A program made the position numbers and the translations under genes. Under the pieces are notes generated by a model. That model saw nothing but the letters and a program-made list of their open reading frames with translations, did no database searches and was not told where the DNA came from. Positions 51,704 through 62,210 of a stretch of DNA of 64,000 nt are shown piece by piece. Origin of the DNA: an uncultured cyanobacterium (GTDB lineage: Bacteria > Cyanobacteriota > Cyanobacteriia > Cyanobacteriales > CAWCAG01); the NCBI GenBank assembly GCA_963803805.1, contig CAWDOD010000001.1:32001-96000 (forward strand). The letters run 5' to 3'. The first letter of the stretch is position 1. Every line of letters begins with the position of its first letter.

Positions 51704-52401
51704 AAAATTTATGGAGTTTGTTATGTTTCTCTTTTTTGGCTATTCCTACTATTGCTAATGCTCAACCAGATGTGGGGGTAGACATTATTGAAGAAGTTAC
51801 TCAAGTGCAAATTTTTCCTGGTCGCGCTAGTGCTATTCAGTTTCCCAATGATGAGGTAATTTCTTACATCTTACTTGCGGATCAAAGTAAGATTGTTTAT
51901 ACCACTAATGCGCCATTAGAAACTGGTTTGGCTCAAATGGTGTTTTTAAGGCTCATTGACCCACTTTTTATCCCTGGTACAACGTCACCGCCAGAGAGTT
52001 TGACTACTGTAGAAACTGAGACTGATGTAGGTCAGATTTACGCCCCTGTTACTAACTTATCAGTTGTGACTGTAGATGAATCTGATAATCAGATACTCTA
52101 CGTTTTTAACTTAGTTCCCAACTCTGCAAACCTCCCAGAAGGGAATAATGGAGTTGAGCTTTTACTGGCTACAGCAGGGTCAAATATTGACTTAAATGGT
52201 GTTCAACTTATTGATGTGCAAATAGGGTTAGAATTAGCTATTGAAAGGGAGTATACCGAGCCTGATGATCCTATTGTGAGAAGGTTGAGAAGGTTAATAG
52301 AGATGGCTATTGAATCGGAGCGTTCTATTGCTGATCTTGCTGATGAACTAAATATCAATGGGGAAGTTATTCTTAGTTTGGTTGAGATTGCTCAAGATTG
52401 A
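51700..52401 (+). CDS. Secreted T4SS protein (VirB9-like candidate)
   Basis: Signal peptide, IFPGRASAIQF, TNLSVVT. Confidence 0.5.
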   Translation: MKNLWSLLCFSFLAIPTIANAQPDVGVDIIEEVTQVQIFPGRASAIQFPNDEVISYILLADQSKIVYTTNAPLETGLAQMVFLRLIDPLFIPGTTSPPESLTTVETETDVGQIYAPVTNLSVVTVDESDNQILYVFNLVPNSANLPEGNNGVELLLATAGSNIDLNGVQLIDVQIGLELAIEREYTEPDDPIVRRLRRLIEMAIESERSIADLADELNINGEVILSLVEIAQD

Positions 52402-52439
52402 TTGGTAGAATTTGTCTTTAGGAATTACCTGGTTCTATC

Positions 52440-52883
52440 ATGAGTAATAAAAAACCCAATATAGCAGCAGAGGTTGTATCTGGAATTGCTGCCTACAAAC
52501 TACTTAGTTTTCTCATACCTCTACTTTTGTTTTTCGGGGCTATATTTCTTTTTAGTATAGGGAGGGAGAGAGTTGAAACTCCCTATGAACCACTGGGGAT
52601 TAGCTGTAGAAACATGAGAAACAAACATAAAACAGGTCATGCACTTAGTGGAGTTCGTGGTATTGAACCTTCAGTTGAAAAAGTTCTTAAAGAAGTTAAG
52701 ATAGAGATTGAAGCAGGTACTATTGAAGGGGACGCTGAATTTCAAAAGTTGGTTGAGGAATGGGTTGTCATTCATGCTGATATTCCCCAACGAAATACTC
52801 CCAAAGTTTTAGAATGGGAAAAAAGGTTTACTGAAGTTTGTGGGTTAGCGATAATAGATAATAGTGATTATTTTGATGAATAG
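52440..52883 (+). CDS. Hypothetical membrane-anchored protein
   Basis: One TM; last gene of the T4SS operon. Confidence 0.55.
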   Translation: MSNKKPNIAAEVVSGIAAYKLLSFLIPLLLFFGAIFLFSIGRERVETPYEPLGISCRNMRNKHKTGHALSGVRGIEPSVEKVLKEVKIEIEAGTIEGDAEFQKLVEEWVVIHADIPQRNTPKVLEWEKRFTEVCGLAIIDNSDYFDE

Positions 52884-52959
52884 TTTGGCTCAAAGTATAT
52901 GGTTATTAAATCGTTGCGATCGCAGGTTTGAAGAATTGCATCGCATTAAAATTAAGCGA

Positions 52960-53009
52960 AACAGACCTTGATTAGCTTGAATTTCCCAAACAAGGTCTGT
53001 TAGTTTTTT
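52960..53009. terminator. Hairpin between convergent genes
   Basis: AACAGACCTTG...CAAGGTCTGTT followed by a T-run. Confidence 0.55.
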
Positions 53010-53031
53010 CTCATTACTGGGGAGTAAAATA

Positions 53032-54831
53032 TCAATTTTGTGTTCCATTTAATGAGTCTTTGAAGCTAACTTTGGTACTTAATATCCAAAGACGAAATAG
53101 TTCAATAGTAATAGAATACTTACCTTCTTTATTGGTCACTATCTCATTATGAATCAGAAGTTCTAAATCCGATGATAACAGTTCCTCTGATTCAGATTTT
53201 TTTGTTCTCTCAATTAATTCTTCTAAAGTTATTCCTTGTTTTTTACTAGCTATTGACTTTAGAACTTCTTCGGCTGATTTAGTTGTAAGGTCAAAAAGTA
53301 AGATGCTTTCTGACCATAGCTGCTTAAAACAATACTCTCCATACTTTGTACTAAATAATTTTCCGTCATCAATTAACTTATTCACATCGTCGCTAGTAAA
53401 TGAATAATTTCTGACCGCACTTTGTTTGGTTTTGTCACCATAGTGTACAAGAAGATATCCTATAATTTGTACAGAGAAAGGATGCCCATGGGTTAGCTCG
53501 TATATTATTTTTACTGCTTCATCAGTATATGTTCTAAACTCCTTTAAAACAGCATCAGTTTCCTGTAAAGATAGAAAGCTAACTCCAACAGGAACTAAGT
53601 CAGAGAAGAAGTCTGTCAAGTCAGTAACAGCAATATCAGAAGCGGTAAACGCTCCATAATATTGTGTACAGCAAACAGCCAACCCTACTCCAGAGGGTAC
53701 ACATCTTTGTAGGTAATCTATAAAATCATCAGAAATATATCCTTCTGATATCAAATCTAACAGTACTTCAAACTCATCTAAGGCGATAATTAGTTTTTTT
53801 GAATGTTCCTTCTCTACTTTTGCTAGATAGACTCTGAAGGTATCATAGGGCTGTTCTAACATCTCTTCATTGCTAGGAAAGGTAATAGCCGTAGCATCAG
53901 CAATACTATCTGCGATCGCAATTAATAATTCATCATCTTCAGGAAATTGATTTAAACGAGCAACAGCTTTTAAATCGAGGTAAGCAACTGCTACCTTATT
54001 AATCAAACGTTGGGAGGCATAATGTATTAATGAAGTTTTGCCTATGCCAGGTTGCCCGAATATAATTGTTGAAGACTTGTTGTCCCTCATCCAAAATTTC
54101 TCAAGTTTTCGTAAAATATTTTCTCTACCTTTAAATTGCTGTCTAGTCTCTTTGACATGAACAGGAATTAACTTGTTTAGAAAACTTGTCAAGTTAGGGA
54201 TAGGAAGATTAGGGAAAACAGACTCTACTGATTTACTTGTACAGCAAATAGCAAATGCCACTTTAGGTGATAAACATTCTTGCAGATAGTCTGGTAGATT
54301 GCGAGGAAGCCTGTCTTTCATGATTAGTTCTAGCAAAACCTCAAACTTATCCAAAACAATAACTAAATTGCCTTTAAGTTCAGCTTCTACTTCTGTTAAG
54401 TAATTTTTGAAAATTATGTAGGGCTGTTCCAGCATTTGTTGTTCACTAGGAGGGGCAATAGCTGTAACCTCAGCAATACTACTTGTAATTGCAAGCAACA
54501 ACTCGCGAATTCCGCCACCTCCTAGAGCAAAGTTCGGTAAGTTAAGGTAAGCAACAGTTGCTTCTGTTGTAGATAAAAGATGGGTAATGTGTTGTATCAA
54601 AGGGCTTTTTTTCGGGTAAGGCTTACTATGGACGATAAGCGTCGGTTGGACAGTTTGCGCTTTCCAATATTCCTGAAGCTTTTGAAGATAAGGAAATAGC
54701 CCTTGAAACTGATTTTCAGGGCCAATACTGTCTAGTGTGTAGGGATTATCTTGCTCTATTAATTCCTTAACTGCTGTAGAAGGTATCATCAAATCTATTA
54801 TTGCCTGTAAAGGGTTTACATTTTGTGTCAT
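53032..54831 (-). CDS. Tandem P-loop ATPase (degenerate + intact domain) with wH-like C-terminus
   Basis: Second domain FKGRE..GQPGIGKTS..IALDEFE..GHPF; first domain lacks Walker A. Confidence 0.75.
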   Translation of the reverse strand: MTQNVNPLQAIIDLMIPSTAVKELIEQDNPYTLDSIGPENQFQGLFPYLQKLQEYWKAQTVQPTLIVHSKPYPKKSPLIQHITHLLSTTEATVAYLNLPNFALGGGGIRELLLAITSSIAEVTAIAPPSEQQMLEQPYIIFKNYLTEVEAELKGNLVIVLDKFEVLLELIMKDRLPRNLPDYLQECLSPKVAFAICCTSKSVESVFPNLPIPNLTSFLNKLIPVHVKETRQQFKGRENILRKLEKFWMRDNKSSTIIFGQPGIGKTSLIHYASQRLINKVAVAYLDLKAVARLNQFPEDDELLIAIADSIADATAITFPSNEEMLEQPYDTFRVYLAKVEKEHSKKLIIALDEFEVLLDLISEGYISDDFIDYLQRCVPSGVGLAVCCTQYYGAFTASDIAVTDLTDFFSDLVPVGVSFLSLQETDAVLKEFRTYTDEAVKIIYELTHGHPFSVQIIGYLLVHYGDKTKQSAVRNYSFTSDDVNKLIDDGKLFSTKYGEYCFKQLWSESILLFDLTTKSAEEVLKSIASKKQGITLEELIERTKKSESEELLSSDLELLIHNEIVTNKEGKYSITIELFRLWILSTKVSFKDSLNGTQN

Positions 54832-54878
54832 TTTAGTATCCTATAAATAGTCTAGTTGTGTTGTGCAGCAGTCACTAC

Positions 54879-55035
54879 TTTTAGTAACTCTAAACTATCT
54901 TCAATTAATTGGTTGTTGCTGTGTAGTGCAGCTTTATCTTCTAAAGAATCTAATACCCTCGATGGTGGGTAAAACTTAGTTGATAGTTGAGTAAGCATAT
55001 TTGTCCTTGTTAAATTAATTATACTTACTACTCCT
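54879..55035 (-). repeat. 157-bp partial duplicate of 56992-57148 (remnant of the 141-aa gene)
   Basis: Direct near-identity read by eye. Confidence 0.85.
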
Positions 55036-55096
55036 CGATAAGATAAAAACGTTATACTAACTTTAGGTTAAAGTTATGCAAAAATGAAGCAAAATC

Positions 55097-55351
55097 ATGA
55101 ATGATTTAATCAATAAAATCAACTATAACCTACTTTCTAAAATTTTCCTTACTTGGCTTTTTATCTTCCCTTCATTCGTAGGAATAGGTACTCTTTCAAT
55201 CTACGCTTTAGAGCGTTATTTTGGCATCGTTACAGTCGAGATTGATCTACTATTACAAGTTAGCGCTTTTGTTGCTGCAATTGTTATTAGCTTCTTTCTT
55301 TTTATTCTTTTTACGAAACTTGCCGCTTTTGTTATTTCCTTTTGGGAGTAA
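55097..55351 (+). CDS. Small two-TM protein
   Basis: 84 aa, two hydrophobic helices. Confidence 0.5.
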   Translation: MNDLINKINYNLLSKIFLTWLFIFPSFVGIGTLSIYALERYFGIVTVEIDLLLQVSAFVAAIVISFFLFILFTKLAAFVISFWE

Positions 55352-55388
55352 AATTAAGCTGTTTACTCACTATTATCTTGTTCTTCTA

Positions 55389-56951
55389 TTACTGTTCAAT
55401 TTGCCATAGATGCAATAACTCAATAGTAACAGAATATCTTCCTTCTTTGCTTACAATCACTTCACTTTCCTGTAAAAATTTAAGGACAGACAACAACATA
55501 TCTTTAGATATTGTATCTCCTGGCATTTTATATATCGAGCTTTTACTTAGCTTTTCTAATGTAAGCCCTTGCTGTTTACAAGCTAGCAAACTTAGAGTTT
55601 CTTGAGACGTAATTGTAAACGATGGAAACATAATACTTTGCAGCCATAATTGGCAAAAGAAATGCTGCCCATATTTTGAATTAAATATTTCTTTTTTCTC
55701 AACTACCATATCTACGTTGTCCTTGGTAAAAGAGTAGTTTTTGAACATACTTTGCCCGATATCATTACTCTGATTGTGACGTAGACTATTACTGTAACGC
55801 ACTAAGATATGCCCTATAGCTTGTATTAAATAGGGGTGTCCATTAGTTAATTGATATACTCTTTCTATAGCTTCTTCTGTATATTTTCTAGATGCTCTTA
55901 GAACAGCGCTGGTTTCTTGTCGAGACATGAAACTAACATGAATAGGGATTAGATAGCTAAAGAAGCTTACTAAGCCGGGAATGGGGAGTTCTTGGGCAAG
56001 GAACTTAACCAGGTTTTGAGTACAACAAATAGCAAAACCTAGTTTGGGAGATATACATTCTTGTAAGTAAGTTATGAAAGTTTTGGAGATACTACCTTCT
56101 AATATTCTATTTATGAGTATTTCAAAGTCATCTAAGGCAATGATTAGGCTTCCTTGCAGTTGTTTTAAGTAAGCCTTAAAGCTTTTATGAGGTTCAACTA
56201 AAAACGCTTTTTTAGTAGGAAGAGGGACTTTAGTTACTTGGGCAATATTACTTGCGATCGCAAATAATAGTTTACCTTCTTGTGGTTCTAAGCTAACGTA
56301 GCTTATTACTTCTAAGTTAAGGTAAGCAATTTTTACCTCTTCGCTAAAATATTGGCTGGCATAACGTATTAGTGAAGTCTTCCCTATACCAGCTATTCCA
56401 TAGATAATTACTGATTCCACCTTATTTTTTGTCCAGATAGTCTTAAGTAAACGTAAGATATCTTCCCTACCATGAAACTGGTCTTTAGACCCAACACTGG
56501 TTAAAGTATAGGGGTTACTTTGCTCTACTAACTTTTTCTTCGTCACAAAGGAAGCAGGATAACAAGTAACGTCTCTGCTGAACTCTACATACTCCTGCTT
56601 ATATTCTTCCTGTTCAAGCCAATAGGATTGGCCAGGGCGTATAGGAAAAAGATTGAAAGTTTCTCCAGCTTCCCATTCGTACTTAGGATTCCATTCGTAC
56701 TTAGAACAAATACTAGAACCAGTATCCAAAATTCTCCATTGCTGCCAGGGAAATCTTCTATAAACTAAGGTAGAGAAAAACAATCTTAGAGCATAAGATT
56801 TACCCAGAGTAAGTTTGTCAAGATGAAAAGTACTTGTAGGTGATTTGAAACTAACATCATGCCAAAAAACCTCAACAACTGTGTAGGAAGTTATTGAATT
56901 AAGTAAATTTTTTATGAAGCTAAGAGCGGCAAAGCCTTTTTCATATATCAT
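55389..56951 (-). CDS. P-loop ATPase (STAND-like) with unknown N-terminal domain
   Basis: NPY..FHGRE..GIAGIGKTS..IALDDFE..GHPYL. Confidence 0.78.
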   Translation of the reverse strand: MIYEKGFAALSFIKNLLNSITSYTVVEVFWHDVSFKSPTSTFHLDKLTLGKSYALRLFFSTLVYRRFPWQQWRILDTGSSICSKYEWNPKYEWEAGETFNLFPIRPGQSYWLEQEEYKQEYVEFSRDVTCYPASFVTKKKLVEQSNPYTLTSVGSKDQFHGREDILRLLKTIWTKNKVESVIIYGIAGIGKTSLIRYASQYFSEEVKIAYLNLEVISYVSLEPQEGKLLFAIASNIAQVTKVPLPTKKAFLVEPHKSFKAYLKQLQGSLIIALDDFEILINRILEGSISKTFITYLQECISPKLGFAICCTQNLVKFLAQELPIPGLVSFFSYLIPIHVSFMSRQETSAVLRASRKYTEEAIERVYQLTNGHPYLIQAIGHILVRYSNSLRHNQSNDIGQSMFKNYSFTKDNVDMVVEKKEIFNSKYGQHFFCQLWLQSIMFPSFTITSQETLSLLACKQQGLTLEKLSKSSIYKMPGDTISKDMLLSVLKFLQESEVIVSKEGRYSVTIELLHLWQIEQ

Positions 56952-56964
56952 TTGTCACAATCTT

Positions 56965-57390
56965 TCAATTATATTGTGCAGAAGCTACTAGTTTTAGTAA
57001 CTCTAAACTATCTTCAATTAATTGGTCATTGCTGTGTAGTGCAGCTTTACCTTCTAAAGCATCTAATATTCTTGATGGTGGGTAAAACTTAGTTGATAGT
57101 TGAGCAAGCATATTTGCCCTTGTTAAATTAATTATACCTACTACTCCTTGAACAGAATTAGCAGTTTTAATAAAATGCAAATTCTGCTCAATATCCATAT
57201 TTGCCTTTAGTACTATGGGTATTATTTCTAAGTCGGTTCTAGCGAGGTAATAGTTAAATAACGGTAATGTGACATTACTAACTTCTTCTACTGCTTTAGT
57301 GTGACTCTCTAAGCTTTGAGCATGAGATAACAAGGCATTGGTAAATAGAAAAACGACTAACCCTATGCAAGTTTGTTCTAAGATAAACAT
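56965..57390 (-). CDS. Secreted hypothetical protein
   Basis: Signal-like N-terminus; 3' part duplicated at 54879. Confidence 0.55.
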   Translation of the reverse strand: MFILEQTCIGLVVFLFTNALLSHAQSLESHTKAVEEVSNVTLPLFNYYLARTDLEIIPIVLKANMDIEQNLHFIKTANSVQGVVGIINLTRANMLAQLSTKFYPPSRILDALEGKAALHSNDQLIEDSLELLKLVASAQYN

Positions 57391-57474
57391 TATTACTTTT
57401 TATTAGTTAGGTCATTGCTAAAACAATTATACATTTGCTAGAATAAAAGTCACTCATATTTATAGTTTTTTAGC

Positions 57475-57753
57475 GTGGGTAGATTTGAAGATCGTCAGCA
57501 TAAAAAGCAGCAACTGGACAAAATAAATTCAGTTGCTAATTCGGTTTTCAATATTTGCAATTGGTTCATTTGCTATTTCTGTTTGCTTCTTGTACTTATT
57601 CTGTTTTTCTCAGAGAGCGAAGATCCTGAAATTGTCTATTTTCTAACTGGGCTTTTACTTCTGGGATTTGCCGCTTGTCCGCTTATAGACTTTGAGAAGT
57701 ATTGGTTTTTAAAGTGCGTGACTGGGGTACTTGGAATTATTTTACTTAGTTGA
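57475..57753 (+). CDS. Small membrane protein
   Basis: 92 aa, about three hydrophobic segments. Confidence 0.45.
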   Translation: MGRFEDRQHKKQQLDKINSVANSVFNICNWFICYFCLLLVLILFFSESEDPEIVYFLTGLLLLGFAACPLIDFEKYWFLKCVTGVLGIILLS

Positions 57754-57914
57754 ATCTATTTCTTTTTTCTTGAGAAACTTTAGTAAAAACTTGGAGAAGT
57801 TGCCTATAGTTAGTCCAAAGATAGCCGCTAAAAAAAATAGCAATAGGAAAGGATATTCTTCTGGAAACTCTACTTTAGGCGGGAGAATAATTACAGTAGT
57901 TGCAATAAAAGCCA

Positions 57915-58166
57915 ATGACTATTACACAATCTATAATTTTTGCTTTCTTTGGTTTACTAAGCTCTTTGGCCATCTACTATCTGTTTGGCTATGTCATGGA
58001 TACCGTTGCTGGATCAGACTTCTTTTTAGGGCGAGATCGCTTGAGGCTTTTCTGTTGGAATGCAATGAATAATTCAAGAATTATGATAGCAATAGTAATA
58101 GCAATAATTTGTACGTTTGCCTTCTCTTTTGCTATTATGGAGATAGTTCTTGATATCTTTAACTAG
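57915..58166 (+). CDS. Small two-TM protein
   Basis: 83 aa, two hydrophobic helices. Confidence 0.5.
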   Translation: MTITQSIIFAFFGLLSSLAIYYLFGYVMDTVAGSDFFLGRDRLRLFCWNAMNNSRIMIAIVIAIICTFAFSFAIMEIVLDIFN

Positions 58167-58168
58167 CT

Positions 58169-59659
58169 TTAAGCTAATTCGTAGTGAGGTTTTTCTTGAA
58201 GTATCCAGAGACGGAATAATTCGATAGCAATTACCCATCTTTCTTCCCTGTTTACAATAATTTCGCTTTCTTCTAATATGTCTAAACTTGAGGAAAGAAG
58301 ATTATCTGATATGTCCCTGGTGATTGCATCAAGCTTTGTCCTTAATTCTTCATAAGTCAAACCTTCTGGTTCAGAGGATAAAATAACAGTGATTTTTTGA
58401 AAGGCTAAGCAGTCCGAAGCTTTTCGCCACAAGAACCTAAAGTAGGTAGCCCCAGAGTTCAAAATTTTTCCTTCTGCAAAAACTTCATCTAAATGTTTAC
58501 CGGTGAAGAATCTAACCTTCGGATAACGGCTTACCAACTGAAAACCTATTGTTTGTACTAGAAGGGGCTGTCCATTGGTAAGCTGATATATTTTTTCGAC
58601 TACATCGTCCGTGTAATGTCTAAATTGAGTTAGAACGGTGCGAGTTTCTTCTAAAGATAAGAAGCCTCTGACTTGGATAGGGACTAACTTATCAAAGAAG
58701 TTTTTAAAGTAAGTGCGAAACATTTTCTCTGGACTGTGGCCAGCAATAACGGCAAAGCCAGTCTTTGAGGATATGCACTCTGCCAAATAGTCCGTGAATG
58801 TCTCAGGAATCTTCTCTTCTCTAATCCATATTTGTAATTTTTCAAACTCATTCAGGGTAATGATTAAGTTACTTTGTAGTTGTTCTTCTAATGTGGCTAA
58901 GTAGCCTCTAAAGGCTTCGTAAGGCTGTTCTAGTATCTCTTTGTCAGAGGGAGGCTTAATTGCTGTTGCCTCTTGAATACTATCTGCGATCGCTAGTAAG
59001 AATTCGCCTACCATTTGTCCTTCTGAGTTCAGGCTACCTAGAATTTGTAGATTGAAGTCAGCAACTATAACTTTTGGATAGAAGTTGTAGGCAGCGTTGC
59101 GTACCAAAGAAGTTTTACCAGTTCGACGCTGACCATAGATTAGTGTTGATTGTACTTTTTCCCTTGTCCAAAACTCTTTAAGCCGTATAAGGGCTTCCTC
59201 TCTACCTTTAAAGTTATCTTTAGTGACAACAGAATTGGGTCTATAGGGGTTTGCTTCTTTAAACTGATGTTGCATATTTAGACGAAGTAATTCAGCATTC
59301 AAGTACCATCTATTTTCTTTTTGTTGAACTATTCCAATATTCTGGAGTTCTCTTAGTTGGCAGTCAACTTCCAACAAAGAAGATTGGTTCAACTCAGTTG
59401 ATGTGTAACCTTCTTTCCTCGGAAAATATGTTGCGACATAGGTTTTTTTTGGGCGAATGGCGAAGAAATCAAACTCATCATTGAACTTCCATAGATATTC
59501 GGAGCCAGGGTCTAAAACCCTCCATTTTTCCCAAGGAAGTAGTCTAAAAATAGTTAAGAACTCTTCATCAATTTGGTTGTCATTAATAAAGGCTTTCCAA
59601 CTAACTTCAACTACGGAGTAAGGGAGAATTGTTTTGAGTGAGTCGAGTAAGTTTTTCAT
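58169..59659 (-). CDS. P-loop ATPase (STAND-like) with unknown N-terminal domain
   Basis: NPY..FKGRE..GQRRTGKTS..ITLNEFE..GQPLL. Confidence 0.78.
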   Translation of the reverse strand: MKNLLDSLKTILPYSVVEVSWKAFINDNQIDEEFLTIFRLLPWEKWRVLDPGSEYLWKFNDEFDFFAIRPKKTYVATYFPRKEGYTSTELNQSSLLEVDCQLRELQNIGIVQQKENRWYLNAELLRLNMQHQFKEANPYRPNSVVTKDNFKGREEALIRLKEFWTREKVQSTLIYGQRRTGKTSLVRNAAYNFYPKVIVADFNLQILGSLNSEGQMVGEFLLAIADSIQEATAIKPPSDKEILEQPYEAFRGYLATLEEQLQSNLIITLNEFEKLQIWIREEKIPETFTDYLAECISSKTGFAVIAGHSPEKMFRTYFKNFFDKLVPIQVRGFLSLEETRTVLTQFRHYTDDVVEKIYQLTNGQPLLVQTIGFQLVSRYPKVRFFTGKHLDEVFAEGKILNSGATYFRFLWRKASDCLAFQKITVILSSEPEGLTYEELRTKLDAITRDISDNLLSSSLDILEESEIIVNREERWVIAIELFRLWILQEKPHYELA

Positions 59660-60999
59660 AGTTTTTGTGCCTCTTTGCTTAAAATAAAAGGGACTACGTT
59701 GGTTAAGGGACGACTGTATTTAGCGATTAATTTTAAATCAGGAGAGAAAAAGATAAAACTAATTGCTAAATTTGATTGAATCAGAGAGTGTAATTCAGAT
59801 AGGAGGCTCTCTTTATTTATTTTCTCTTGCTCTATGGCTGCATCTATATTATTAAAGCTATCAATACAAGCTAGTATCTTTTTATTAGGCTGTTGTTCAA
59901 AAACTTCATCTAACCAGTCGTCTAATGTAAAATAAATATTTTCTTGAGGATCGTAATTTAAAACTGGTAATTTACTGTTGTTTTGATTACAAATAGATGT
60001 TGTAAAGTAGCGCCAGAAACCTTCTTCACTTTCTAGAATTTCTGAATTGAGGTTTAGATAAGCAAATAAATAGTCGTCTGGAAGTTCGTCTTGTAATTGC
60101 TTGAGAAATAGCTCTTTGTCACTATTTTCATAACTATACAACCATAAACTATTACTTCTTTCTATATGTTTAACTATATGATTTGTATTAGTTAGCTTAT
60201 CAAAGGCAAATTTGAGGTTTTTCTCAAAGTATGAGTTGTCGGGGCAGTTGAAAGCTCGTTCTTCAAGAATTTCCAACCACCTTACAAATGTTTCATAATA
60301 TTTATCTATAGATTCTTTGTATGAATTGTTAGTAGCTTTTGTATTAGCTTGTATTTGCAAAAATAATATATCTTCTCTTTCTACCTCGACTACATTCTCT
60401 ACTCCGTCTACTTTGCAAATTAATACGATTAGGTTTGTTACTAAGTCCCTTTCATAATCTTCTTTGATAACAACACAAAATTTCCCTTTTTTTATTTCTA
60501 CTAGAAGGTGATAGAAAGAAGGTGAAACAGGAGGATTAAGCTCAACTTTACTTTTAAGCTTGAAGTTTGCTACTTCTTTCTCATACTCTTGTCTTTCTTG
60601 AGTATGCTTGTACATTTCGCTTTGTGATCTCTCACTAACAAGCTCTAAATCGAATTCTAACTCTCTTTTGTCAGTTTCAAGCTTAATTTCAGGCTGCATA
60701 TTTTCTACAGTGTTACTTGGGGGATTTTTAACTCTCTTACCTATTTTTATGGCTGTAATTAAACTTTTGATAGCTAGATAAAAAACTAATGCAACTGCAA
60801 CTGTATTGATTATTATTAAGCTAGTTAGAAGCGGATAATCGCTGACTAAACTAGTAAGTTTTGAGCTTGCACTGACATTGTTTGCTTGAGTAGTTGATAG
60901 TTGATTAGCCATGGTTATTACTCTTTCTGTCTTTATTACTAAGTCTATCAAATGTAAGTTTAAGGCTCTCTTCAAGATACGAGTTATCAGTACAATCAA
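59656..60999 (-). CDS. TM protein with degenerate, truncated ATPase-like C-terminus
   Basis: One TM; FAYLNL and ILACIDSF present, no Walker A. Confidence 0.5.
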   Translation of the reverse strand: MIVLITRILKRALNLHLIDLVIKTERVITMANQLSTTQANNVSASSKLTSLVSDYPLLTSLIIINTVAVALVFYLAIKSLITAIKIGKRVKNPPSNTVENMQPEIKLETDKRELEFDLELVSERSQSEMYKHTQERQEYEKEVANFKLKSKVELNPPVSPSFYHLLVEIKKGKFCVVIKEDYERDLVTNLIVLICKVDGVENVVEVEREDILFLQIQANTKATNNSYKESIDKYYETFVRWLEILEERAFNCPDNSYFEKNLKFAFDKLTNTNHIVKHIERSNSLWLYSYENSDKELFLKQLQDELPDDYLFAYLNLNSEILESEEGFWRYFTTSICNQNNSKLPVLNYDPQENIYFTLDDWLDEVFEQQPNKKILACIDSFNNIDAAIEQEKINKESLLSELHSLIQSNLAISFIFFSPDLKLIAKYSRPLTNVVPFILSKEAQKL

Positions 61000-61195
61000 C
61001 TGCTCGTTTTTCTAACACAATATTTAACTGTTCCTATCAATACAAATAGATTTTTACTATACACAGTAAACTCTATATCTATACTTAATAAAAGATTAGA
61101 GGAAGTATTCTTACTATGAGAGCTTAATTCAAGTCTCAAAACCTTTATAAATTCAAAACTTGAAGTAAAGCTATCAATAGGAAAAGTATTCAATA

Positions 61196-62145
61196 TTAAT
61201 CCCATCTTTCTACTGTTTGGCGGTGTATCCAGCTACTTAACTTTTCATCTTCAACATATCCTTTTAAACCAGAATCTACCCAGATATGCAGTTTATCCAA
61301 ACATCCCAACTCTGAAGCAGCGCTTTCTATGTCTTGCCACTGCTGAATAAAATTACTGGCCCAGGATTTCTGCTTTGTTACTGACTTTACAAAGTCTAGC
61401 CCTGCTGCTAGCATTCTTTGCCCATTAGTTCCTCTGGCGTTAATAGGTTCCCAGAAGATAACTTCTGGGGAAAACTGCATCACTTTCTCTAAATGCACTT
61501 TGAAATCGTCTTTACCCATAGATGGTGGAGTAGGTGCGATCGCAACGTATAGGCGACAGCCTGCTTTATGCCCTTTTAATAAAGCTCGGTAGCGCGTGGA
61601 AGGTAGTGGTGCAAAAGGTTCTATTTTACGGCTGAGTGCGTCATCTAGATAGGGTAAACTCATGCCAACTGTAATATTAGGATGAACGAGAATGTCAATG
61701 TCTTTTATCCACAAGGGAGAACGGGTGAGGATTCTCACCCGTTTATCGTATTTGAGGAGAATTTCTATTGTTTGGCGAGTGATGGCTGCTGTTGCAGCAT
61801 TCTGGTAAGGGTCGGTGGTGGAGCAAAGCAAAACTACACCCTGTCCAGAATTGGTAGTTTGCCAAGTTCTTTTACTTTTGAGTATTGCTTCTAGCTTCTC
61901 TGCTACTTGTTCTCGGACGAAGAGGTAGTTGCCCCAGTCTAGTTGGGGATTCTCCACCCCTCTACTTTGTAGTTCCTGGGAACGAATTCTTATTACAGGG
62001 GTAGAAGGCACGTAGCAGAATGTGCAGCCGTGCAAGCAGCCGCTTGCTATGTTGATTACATAGTCACACAATCCTTTTTTACTTAGATTGCTTTGCTGAA
62101 GAAAGGACGCTGACTAGTATGAAGGGCGTAGTATTTTATTTCCAT
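61196..62145 (-). CDS. Radical SAM protein (SplB-like family); 5' end appears frameshifted
   Basis: GCLHGCTFCY (CxxxCxxC), STTDPYQ, ILTRSPL, IEPFAP; upstream ATG at 62145 is out of frame with ORF 61196-62071. Confidence 0.8.
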
Positions 62146-62210
62146 GATTTAGAAGGTTTGCTCATTGTTTTAATTTGGTTTAGAAGTAGTGCTTAAAATG
62201 CTACTGTGCT

